Shown piece after piece: positions 25,301 through 39,962 of a stretch of DNA of 64,000 bases. A program made the translations under genes and the position numbers. Positions within the stretch are counted from its first letter, which is position 1. Every line of letters starts with the position of its first letter. Source of the stretch: Azolla caroliniana. Its lineage: Eukaryota > Plantae > Polypodiophyta. The notes below the pieces were generated by a model, which made no database searches, was not told where the DNA came from, and saw only the letters and a program-made list of their open reading frames with translations. The stretch spans positions 620,001 through 684,000 of the forward strand of contig JBHGNT010000002.1 in the NCBI GenBank assembly GCA_043228905.1, written 5' to 3'.

Positions 25301-25689
25301 ACTGCGGTGGAGGAGAACAAGATTTCTTCTCTGGCACAAGCACACTCGCTTGCTTTCTATCCGATCTTCGTCTTCCGTGTGGACGATGGAAGAGATGGGT
25401 AATTAGGGTTTAGCAGAAGCAAAGCAAAAGAATTTGGAGGTCAAGTTTCCATAGCCATGGTTGCTGCACTCTCTCTCTGTGTCTCTCGATTTATGTATAT
25501 GAAGAAGAGTGAATAACTATGTATGTATGTATGTACATATATATACATATACATAGATGTAACTTCTCATTATTTTTATCATTATAACTTCTCATTATTT
25601 ATAAGTTAACGATGAACAATGTCTCTCTCTCTCTTCTCCTTTTGGTTTTGGTTTCACACTATGCCTAAGTGTGTCTATGTGTGTCCAGA

Positions 25690-27063
25690 GTTGAGACGAG
25701 ACTATATCCATCAATGATATCACCCATCCCAATGCCTTCCGCACCCCGACCTAACATGGGGACACTTTTCACGACCTCTAGGGTCACGAAGGTCATAAAA
25801 AATTTACAACATAGGAAATCCATGGACCACACAGGATTGCGAGCTGAGCACATCATATATGCTCTCGAGTGTCTAGCCCCCTTTCTCACTCTAATCTTCG
25901 ACCGTGCCCTCGCCGAGGGTTTTCCACCACTGTGGACCATGAACACAGTGGCCCCTATACATAAAGGAGGGGACCCAACGGACCCAAATATGATAAGTCA
26001 TACGCTCGCTAAACTATATGGTGCGGTAATGGAAGCGGAGCTCAACGATTATATGGAAACATTAAGTCTTCGAGCACCTGAGCAGGTTGGCTTTAGATGA
26101 GCCTTCTCCACTATTGACCATATCTTCACACTTAGGTTAGACGAAGGCTCGTAAGAAGAAACTATATTGTTGCTTTGTGGACTTCCGCAAAGCCTTTACA
26201 CAATTCCTAGGGAGAAGTTGTTTGATAGACTTAAGAGCTTGGAGATACCAAATGACATGATCTGGACCATTTATGTCCTATTTGAGCAAGTCTTTGGGTG
26301 CGTAAGATGCCCATGTGGCCTATCCGATTGTTTCACTAGCACCATTGGTGTAAAACAGGGTTGCTCCCTATCACCGACTCTTTTTGGGATCTACATTGAT
26401 GATATCACTGATTTTATTGCTCGTAAGGGAGTAGCTATTGGGGATGCGCAAATTAGTCTCTTACTCTACGCGAACGACATTGTCTTGCTCTCGGAGTTAG
26501 AACACGACCTACAAAAGCATCTTAATACCCTAGATGACTTTTGTACACAACGAGGACTGGTAGTGAATCTAGCGAAAACTAAAGTCCTTATCTTTTATAC
26601 ATCGTCTTGAGTTAGGAGTAAATGTCACCTAATCCTCTCTCATAAACTAGTTGAGGTAGTTGGATCATATTTATACTTGGGAGTCACTTTTAGTGCTCGC
26701 TCAAGTAAATTCTCGATGACCCAGGCATCCAAAGATAGGCTAACGAGAGGGTATGCATCCCTCTCACTCTTCGAGAGACAATGCCAACAAGCATACTTTC
26801 AAGAGTCATAGACTAAGGGATGGCTCTTCGACTCATTAGTGACCCCTTCCCTCATGTATGCATCAATAGTATGGGCTCCAGGTCTACCATCTTTCATGTG
26901 GATGCAATTAGAGAGACCTTTGGTGACGATGTTATCACGTCAACTCCAAAGCAAATTGACAGTACCACATGACATTATTAGAGCAGAGTTCAGTCTACCC
27001 CTGATGTTGTAAATCATTTGTCTCATGGGCCAATTTTGGCCTTAGAAGACGTTAATATATCTT

Positions 27064-27122
<59 letters not shown>
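25690..27122 (+). mobile_element. 5'-truncated, internally deleted LINE (RT region joined to 3' end, (CT)n tail)
   Basis: RT motifs PIHKGGDP, EQVGFR..STIDHIFTL, GVKQGCSLSPTLFGIYID and LLYANDIVL. Near-identical family to 49520-51715. At ~27008 the sequence jumps to the 3' end TTGTAAATCATTTGTCTCATGG...GACGTTAATATATCTTTC(TC)n. Confidence 0.9.
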
Positions 27123-27126
<4 letters not shown>

Positions 27127-27479
27127 TGTTGGATGCCTACCATTGTCGTTGTTAGAAATGAGGTGATCATAGTTTATTCCTCAGATGAAAATGCCCTGTG
27201 ATTGATGAGGTCATGACTTTGCGATTTGTTGAATGAAATGTCTATGCAATGATTAGGGGGCAATATGTGAATGATAACACAACAACATGTTATTCAATGG
27301 ATGAAAGGGCCTTATGATGATGAGAGGTTGTTATACACAATGTGTCGAAGGAGTCATTGATCGTTTGAGGAAAGTGCCACATGACGATGAAGGATTGTCA
27401 TGATTCCTCTTATTAAAGGACCCTATGATGATCATAACATTTCTCAAGCCTCAATGCAATTTCTAGGCCATTGTTACTA

Positions 27480-28950
27480 CCGTTTCCTTCACTCTTTTTC
27501 AAAATATGTGATGTTGGCATTTTGTCATTTGCATATTGTTTCACAAACCATTATGCAAAATCCACACTTTGCCCGCACTAAGGTTCTTCATATGTATTTT
27601 CCAAATCACAATGCAAGTTGTCGAAACATGATTGATCTCTCACACATTGTTGCCTAGCCTCTACGCGAAATCCAACTTGTGATCTCTATTTATCAAATTT
27701 GATAGTGTTTCCTAATGATCGCAACATCAGAATGCATTGATTGAGAACTAAACCCATAACTTTAATGCCACAATGTATGGTCTTTACCACTACAATACAT
27801 GTTTGGGCATATAGAATTTTAACAAAGTGATTGATATAAATTTTATGAGCAATAATTTGTGGGGACATTTGAATTTGCTCTATTACATGAAAAGTCTCTT
27901 TTATTATGCATAAAGCTAAGGCATTTGCAAGCAATGGGTGGTTAGTTTCTTTTTGTCATAACTCTACCTACTTTCTGAACTCTTGAAATGAGTTATTGGT
28001 AGGAGAATGTTATCATTTTCATCTTTTACTATGTCTCAATTTCCATGCCGTGAAAATATTTTGCAGCGGCAACCTCACCATGTGCATGATTTCAAACGAA
28101 AGTTATGAAGAGTTCTATATTGAATGTAATTAATATCTACGCCATTACTTGAGTATAGAAACCGCAAGCTCGAGGCATTTGAATATGCAAGCTTCTCATT
28201 ATCTCTCTTTTTAGAACACGTGTTCTTGTAATTTCTTCTATTGCTCTTTATTCTTGTTACTTATATCCTATCTCTTATTTAACCATTAATTATCGTGTGT
28301 AACATTGCATCATGTGCACATCATAGCTATCTATAAAGAATTATCCATTTTCCTAGAACAAACCTTTCTACCTTTTTGATGGGATTGAATAAGGTATGCT
28401 AGGTCAGGAAAAGTACAATAATTTGGATCTACATTGGTCTATTATCAATTAGCCAACAATTTGCAAACATTGATGTTTCATAGTTTGCCCTTAATGTTGG
28501 TTGTTGAAAGTGAATTTGTAAAGCGACATTCGTATGAGATAATGTTAAAGTCAAAACTAAGAACATTGGGTCATGGAAAGCAAATAAGTAAAGCCGTGTA
28601 TATTGTTGGGAGAGAATTACAAGGTGTCCATGTTTGCAAACAAAAACGATGAAGACTTGAGCCCATGCTCCATACCCAAAGTTACACAAGCTTGCATTTA
28701 CTTTTTGATAAGGTAAGATCATGAGCCTTTGGGGTTTCTCACCAATAAGTGAAAGAGTTAACTTGGGGAAAAAAAAAGGGAATCTAGAATCAATTGTTTT
28801 GACTTATAAAATTGATGGGGAGCATCAATGAGCATCTTTTGACCAAGATTGGTGAACTTTTGACTGTTCACTTTTCTTATCCACAACCCATGCATGATGT
28901 ATCCACGACTCATCCATTACTGTGTATGGCCCATGTAAAGCTTCAAAGTT
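27480..28950 (-). mobile_element. Possible highly degraded MULE/SWIM-type transposase remnant
   Basis: Only weak echoes: QTCIVVVKTIHCGIK resembles QxTNxxxExxHxxLK, and there is a C..C...CK-like stretch near 27530-27580. No TIRs found. Confidence 0.2.
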
Positions 28951-29998
28951 GACCTTTAAACTAAACAATCCATTCAATTTTCAAACTTCGTAGACCGGCA
29001 TTTAAAATGTAGCAGCAAACTAAACAACATTTGCAAACCAAATCTTCATATTAAAGCACTGACAGAAGTTGCATGAGTGAAGTCTACATATTAACCAATG
29101 GACAAAACATATCAAAACTTCCCAAGTCAATATTTAATTTCATTAAAACTCATTGAAATTACAATAATGCTTGCTACTATAGGGGCATTCATCGCAGTGT
29201 AATTACATCATCAATTGCTCTTATATTTGTATTAATTCCAATGTAAATACATCATTCATTGCTCTAATTAACAATATCATTACAACGCAAACCATTACTA
29301 TCACCTATATGTTTTCTTGTATTTATATTTTCAATTCGTTTAAATGTATTATCAAATAGAAGATGTCAATTTGTGCCTAATATCCAACTCATCAAAACGT
29401 ACTTTATCATAAACCTGTAGTTATAAATGATCCAACTAAGTTTTTATTGGGATAGAATCTAGCACAACTCGGGATTATAACGCTCCAACCATTAAATTCA
29501 TGGATATTCAACAGAAATAATGCTTGAAATTCTGTTCCCTTAAATCACATTTTCAAGGCTCACACGAGGAAAACTACGAAATGGCGATGTAGGTAGCTCA
29601 TATACTGTAAAACATAAACTTTCAACAAAAGAATAATAACAGGAAATATTTTCATTTTGTATTTTTTTTATTGAAACATTGCAACTCAGACATTGAAACA
29701 TCAAAATGTATGTCTGAGATAACAGAAACTTTGCTCCATTCTGTCAAGATTCTAAAGCTCACATGAGAAGAAAACTAAGGGAAATAACAAGATTTACAAC
29801 ATAGCGATAATAATAAAAAAGAAAACGTGTTTATTGAGACAATTCCAAACACAAAACCTTTGTATAGGTCGGTGGCCCACACCTGCTGATAATTCTTTCT
29901 TCTTGGGCATTAAAACGGATATCCCCAAAAAACGAGTGATTTGAGGAGATCCATCAAAGGAAGTGTCATGATGCAGAGAGTAGAGATACACTATTTGG

Positions 29999-33418
<3,420 letters not shown>

Positions 33419-36390
33419 GATCAATTTTAATACAGATAGATGGATAGATACGGCTATTTGAGTCTAAATGTGTTGACACAGATATGTGTGTGTTTACAGA
33501 GATGGATATATGGGTTCCTCTGTTCCTCTGATGTTAATTTTTTTTAATCTTAAAAAGATAAACAAGACAGAGACGGAGATAGAGAAATGAAATACTTCAG
33601 ATCTGAATGATTGCACTGTGCAGAGAAATATAAGTGGGTTTCTTCTTCTCGTCAGGTCCTCCTCCTCCTCCTCCTAAACTGGGTCAGAAAACAGAACAGA
33701 AACAGAGAATATAGAGATGATTAAAGAAAGAATAGAGTAGAATGGAAGAGAGAGAGAGAGAGAGAGAGAATTCAGAATCACGTTCCACAGATCTCAGGCA
33801 AAAAGAATTTTTCCTCTTCTTTTTTCTATTCAGACACACAGACAGAAAAAGAGAGAGCAATTCAATACATACCCAAACATGCCATACATAGTATGTACAT
33901 ACATACATATGTATGTATGTATATGTGTATGTATATGATATATACACTACATACATATTTCCTTGACTCATTCAATGCTGCCCCCCCCCCCCCCTTTCCT
34001 TTGTTCTAAACTTCTAGTCTAGAACAAATGTATGTATGGTATGTATGCATGTAGCTTATTTGTATGCATGCATGTATATGCATTTAAAACCCCTTCCCCT
34101 TCCTCTTCCTCTTCTTCCTCTTCTTCATCTTTCAATCACAAGACTTAGATTTCCTTGAGACCCATTCAACCATGGTCACAAACGTGTTGTACTCATATCA
34201 TCGTCATTGTATTAGTTGTATACACCCTTCATCAGCTCATTGGTATTGTGGTGTGCTTTTTTGGTCATCTTTTCACTCATATCCTGTGTACACCCTTTGT
34301 ATTTGTTTCATTGGTATCCTCTTGTCAATACATAATATCAAACGGGCGAGAAGGGTAGCGACATTGACTCCACCTGTCTTTGTCGCCCTTTGTTATTATC
34401 ATCGTTTACCCCTTTTGTCTATGTTTTTATTGACCATACTAAAACTCTACACTTTGTAGTCTCGTTGATATCAACATTTACTTTGGGTCAAATAGATCAA
34501 GATAAATTGGACTTTGCCATTATCTTTCCCTAACATCATTAGATCGCATTGTCCCGCCTCCCCTTGGTCTATGTTTTCCCCCGTCTTTAGCGATTGTGTC
34601 ACAATCTCACTAGTATCATCACATACCACTTCTCGGAAATTTCCCCCGTCTTTAGCAATCATAATCTAGCATTTTTATGGATGGGTTGAAACCCAATAAT
34701 AAATTATTATTATTGCTATAAATCCCATGTTTTTTGTCCCTATTTATTAGTAACTATGTAAGATATTTCCTAATTTGCTTCTTCTTATTAGATCAACATT
34801 GTGAATTTGGGATAGATTTTCTTTTCATTATTTATCAAGATTGTGTTGAAAACATTTTCAATTATCAAGGACAGTAAATTAGAGTATTGTCTTCGTCTCT
34901 CGAATAAGTGAAAATATCCTATTACATTGGATAATGCTACGAGTGGAGAGGAGATGTTTTTTGTCCTCTCTTGTCATGTCTTTCAAACTAAATTTGTAAA
35001 GTCGTCGCATATCAACATTATCAATTTGTGTGCTCTTGAATAAGATAAAACCATATTGTCTCACAAACATGTGAAACAAAATTTAACCAATATCGATCAT
35101 ATTATAGTTCAACCCATTATCCTAACTCTATAAATCTCGTGAACTTACCTCTTAGTCAGAGGTCATGTGGAATTTATAAATGACGAATTCCTCCATGAGC
35201 AAGTGCTTATGTGGAATGATTGTTTATGAGTGTGTGCACTTTATATTTGTGTCGTTGTGCAAATATGAGATTCGATGCAATTGATCGAATAATGGTCTTG
35301 GTGTCGCTCCGTCAACAATGACAACTGCATGCCACCTTGTCATGAACGAATTGAGTTCCCTGTGATGAATCCAATAATATTTGTTCTTGATACACATTAG
35401 GAAGAAAATGATTGTAGTTTAGCAAAAGAAAAATAAAATTTAACATCTGATTTCTTCTCCCACAAAAAGAGGAATTGAGCATCAATTTTTGTCGATTAAT
35501 AGAAACAACAGAGGAGACTATCTTACGGTTGGAGAAAGATTGACATATCAACGTCATCAAACTTGTCATGAAAATATAAAAGCCGATGAGAGACCATTTC
35601 AACATAAATGCATAACTATTTCAACATGATATGGTTCTTCCAGGGTATGAATATAGCATTATACAATAAAATGGTTCATAAATCTCTCTCTCATGAACCC
35701 CAAATCTGTCCATAAGAATGTACGTTCTTCTAGACATGAACATTGTTAAAGTCTGAATATACAATATTGGAGCTATAGAGAAACCCGTAATTTGTCAAAA
35801 ATAATCAAGCATGTCTAGTTTTTCTCTTTCTTCCTTTCTTTCTTAGAGAGAATTCATTTAGAACAATTTCCACATGTCAACATGCAAAGCACAATGTGAT
35901 GTATTGCCTCTAATATTGTTAGAGCTAGATCCTAATGTAAGCATGAGATAAGGATATAATAAATATATAGAAAAGAAAGGACAGAGAGAAAGAAGGGTGT
36001 CGATCCACCCAATCATTGTTACCCGTAGGAGTTGTATGGGGAGGTATAAAGATGGAACACGATAAAGTGGTTGTTGTGTATGTGTAATGTATACAAGTGT
36101 GTGAGGATGAGTATGTGTATGAACACATGCACATTTTTGTGTGCATGTGTACAAAGATGAGAGAGTGGGTAAATGGTGTAACTCCCTACTTGTCTCATTC
36201 TTTATTTGCAACGATTACCTCTTATACATATATAAACCCCACCCACGGGGTATCATGGAAGAGAAGAAGATTTTGTGTCTTTATTTCTCTCTCCCTCACG
36301 TGTAACCCCCTTGGGAGGGCTCCACCCCCCACTCATAAACACTTGGCATGTCCTATTGTTGACCCTCCCTTGTGAAGAAGTCTCTCTCTC

Positions 36391-36606
36391 TTTTATTATT
36401 ATTATTATTATCATAATTAGCTTACCCTCACGGTAAATTGTTTACATTACTAGCACTACATCTTGGGTTCGAAACCCAATTTTCTCACCTCTCTATTACA
36501 CTAGACTATATATCTCTTATTTCACTAGATGCCACTGTGGAATGTAGGGGTTGAACCCATGACCACCTGGTCTCCATTGGGCAACCTTACCGATTGAGCT
36601 ACATCC
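36391..36606 (-). mobile_element. tRNA-derived SINE, copy 1
   Basis: Minus strand: A-box GTAGCTCAATCGGTAAG, B-box GGGTTCAACCCC, unique body, 3' hairpin TTACC-gtgag-GGTAA and (AAT)n/A tail. Flanked by (CT)n on both sides. Confidence 0.8.
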
Positions 36607-36611
36607 ATTTG

Positions 36612-36664
<53 letters not shown>

Positions 36665-37994
36665 ACATGCATGTCAGTTTGTCCCTGTGTTAAAGAGTGT
36701 GACTATTAGAGGTTTAAGCAGCCTAGCTCAAGGAAAGAACCTAGTCTCATTGACAAGCTTTTCACAAAAAAGAAGCTCAAAATGGAATCCAGACATCATG
36801 AAAGAACACAAATGCATGTGTCTCACTATCTTTGAGGGGAACAAAGATACGCTTAACATGAAAGTTAGTGATAAGATGAGATCACAAGATCCTCATAGAG
36901 TTCACCACATGAGTTCAGAGTGATAGCATTGACACATCTGCCATGAGTGTTGAAGGGCTGACAGTGCAGAAACAGGTATCATATGAGGATTCATTACCTC
37001 AATCCTTTGAGTTTTCATCTGAGGAGAGATAGGAGAATAGAGATGGTTATTTACAACCTATCTCACAGAAAGACAACATCTTTGCATTGAATGTGAGAAG
37101 GCATTCTGAGACAGAAAACATGTCACATTTACTGGTGACGTAGTTCCTAAAGACTTGGAATACGAATGGAGGTACAGAAAAATACAAATATTGTAGAAAC
37201 ACAACTCACCCTAGCATTCAAGAACATTTCTACAGATCATGAGCCAGCCAGCCAGAGTCACCAGAAGAAGAAGTGGCAAGGAAGGAAGAAAAGAAAGATT
37301 GGACCCTAGAAGCTGTAGGGAAGACAGAGAGAAGGAAACGAAGAACACAAGAACGAGAGAAGAGAGAAATGAAGACAAAGAGAAAGAAACGAAGAAAGTA
37401 GAGAATGAAATCCAGAGAGAAAGGGAAGAGAGGTAGAGAGGAGAATTTCAAAAATTAGAGGGCATATGAGAAATTTTCAAAAACTTGAAGGTAAAACGAG
37501 AATATCAAAAACCAAGCATGGTACAAAAACTCAACTCACATGAAGGAAATGAAGAATACATATACACGCAATGTGATTTTACGACCCATGTTGTCGTGAT
37601 GAGCTGATTGGTGTGTGATCCAATTGTGAGATGTGCTAACCGAACGAGAAGGTTCGTGTCAAGCAAGCTTTGATTGAGGTTATTGATCGTAGAGTAATGT
37701 TTCATTTGAGGGTTTTTTGACCCACGAGAAGACCGATGGAGTTCTGGTCAACAAGAGTTTGTCATGGCAAGTGGGTTCGATCATGTAATGCATTGTCCCA
37801 CAAGCATGCCATGTGTTACCCCCAAGAGTTGTACGGGGAGGTATAAGGGTGGAACACGATAAAGTGGTTGTTGTGTATGTGTAATGTATATGAGTGTGCG
37901 ACAATCAGTATGTGTATGAACACATGCACATTTGTGTGCATGTGTAAGAGAAGAAGATTTTCCCTCTCATTTTCTGTATCTTTGTTTCTTTTCT

Positions 37995-38206
37995 TTTTTT
38001 ATTTTATTATTATTGTAGTTAGCTTACCCTAGTGGTAAGTTGATAGCACTACATCTTGGGTTCGAAACCCAATTTTACTCACCTCTCTATTATATTATAT
38101 ACTCCATACATATCTCTTAATTCACTAGATGCCACTGTGGAATGTAAGGGTTGAACCCATGACCACCTGGTCTCCATTGGGCAACCTTACCAACTGAGCT
38201 ACTTCC
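37995..38206 (-). mobile_element. tRNA-derived SINE, copy 2 (same family)
   Basis: GGAAGTAGCTCAGTTGGTAAGGTTGCCCAATGGAGACCAGGTGGTCATGGGTTCAACCCC..., then CTTACC-actag-GGTAAG hairpin and an A-rich tail. Highly similar to 36391-36606. Confidence 0.8.
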
Positions 38207-39962
38207 TAGAATTGTGTGGGAAGCAAGCAAAAAAATCCAAAAGCCTTTGATCATATTTGACCATGCTTTCCACATCTCTTCGATCGAGCCCAATCTTTGC
38301 ATGAATTCCTCTCACAACCACAATGTGCACTCTCGATTGCAACATTCATTGGTAAAGTTCTTGAACATCGAGAGTCACTACTCACTTTCACACGTATCAC
38401 GTGAAATGTAATATTTTTGGTCTCATAGGTCATATTTGACCTCCAAAGACGGTAATATAATCTCTCTCTCTCTCTCTCTCTCTCACTCACTCACTCTCTC
38501 TCTCTCTCTCTCTCTCACGCATAACCCCCTTGGGAGACCCCCACCCATAAACAACCACCCTCGGGTGAAGGGATCGAGACGGGCTCGAGCCTCGATCGAC
38601 ATCCCATACCACCGTTATGGCATCGAGTCGTACCTGGTACTGGTGCGCTCGCTTACAAGAGTTTGATCACCACTTAAGTAGAGTCTTGACGTAGTTGAAT
38701 CATCTCAAATGAGGGTAGTTAGGCCTCATATTTATAGCCAAACCTAAGGCCCCCAGGCAAGGTCACACTTGGCCTTTGTGGGTTGTCTCAATCCCAAGTA
38801 TTAGAAGTAATCCTTCCCTTCTTTACACTCTCGATTAACCCTCACACTTTATCCACATGTATAGAATACTACGGTACAATCTTACCACGAGATATTATAT
38901 GTTCATGCCTGTAACATACTCCCCCTCTTTAAAACATTACACTATTGCAATGAAAAGTTAGGGAAATTAGTTTTAAGAGTATTTTCTCATTCCCATATAG
39001 CATCTTGTGTAGACTTATCCAACCATTTAACTTTAAATTCTCGGATTATTTTAGAACGCAAATTTTTTGTTTTAACATCAAGAATTCTCTCTGGTAAATG
39101 TGGTTTAGAAGATAATTTGCCCACATATGTTTAAGAAAACATATGTGTCTAGAAACCTCTTTTCCCCCTTGTTAACTAGACAACTATGTTGGTACGTTAC
39201 TCAACCTCAAGTCTCATCATTACAATGGCTACCATAAGGAGCAACCTAATCATGGTCAAGCCAATAGTAGTCAACTTTTCGTAGTAGGCCCATGTGGCCC
39301 ATCACATGGTTACGTCATTACAAATGCCTTCTGTAATGATGATCTCATGGTGGCATCATAAGCATGTAACGAGTGAGGGATGTTGGATGTGTGTGTCATA
39401 GGGGCAACCTCACATGAAGTGGATCAAGCCCTTATGCTCACAACATCATTGTGGTTATGCTTGTTTCGTTGTTATATGTTACTGGCCGGCAAAGGAGTCC
39501 AGAGTGTGAAACGGGGAGTTATTTAATTAGTAGGAATGGTTGTAAGTAAGCTATGAGTGTGGACGGACGGATCGGAATCGGTATGCCGTTCCAGATCCGG
39601 ACCGATCCCGAACAGGTGCGGATGACACCGTTTTGTAATACAGACCGGAAACCTATTTAAAGGCCCGGATATAATGTAATGAATAGCGGTTAATTAATAA
39701 AGCTTAGTGTTGTTATCTCTCTGTGTTAATTGCCGTTCTGCATTCATTGTTATATCTTACGCGTGTGATTATTAAAGACGATCATGCTAAGTAACCTAAT
39801 TAAGTCGGATTAATCGTTGAGTCTAATCCTGTTGCCGTAACACCCCTTTGGTGAAGTGTCTTCCGTAGACACCCTGTGTTAGGCCATTGTCCGGCCCTAA
39901 GAGTTAACACAGTTTTTGGCGACCACGATTCCTGTTTTTGCAGCGAACGACGGCACGGATGG

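Larger units (their letters stand above)
36017..38553 (+). mobile_element. Non-autonomous LTR element nested in the chromovirus 3' LTR
   Basis: 5' LTR TGTTACCC...CATAAACA 36017-36341; 3' LTR 37814-38553 (interrupted by a SINE). Decayed TSD ATCAT/ACCAC, and the host LTR sequence resumes after 38553. Decayed PBS TGGCATGTCC (~TGGCACGCCC) at 36344. No PPT; tRNA-like motif at 37771-37811. Confidence 0.8.

Noticed and set aside
34100-35900. Possible decayed transposase upstream of CDPK
   Set aside because: Only faint resemblance in broken frames; no diagnostic motif or termini.
36530-36606. tRNA gene on the minus strand (also 38130-38206)
   Set aside because: A and B boxes are present but I could not fold a full cloverleaf with an acceptor stem; the shared body and tail indicate a SINE.
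39477-39909. Hammerhead ribozyme (retrozyme) in the LTRs
   Set aside because: I did not find the CUGAnGA...GAAA core with flanking stems by eye; a covariance search would be needed to exclude it.
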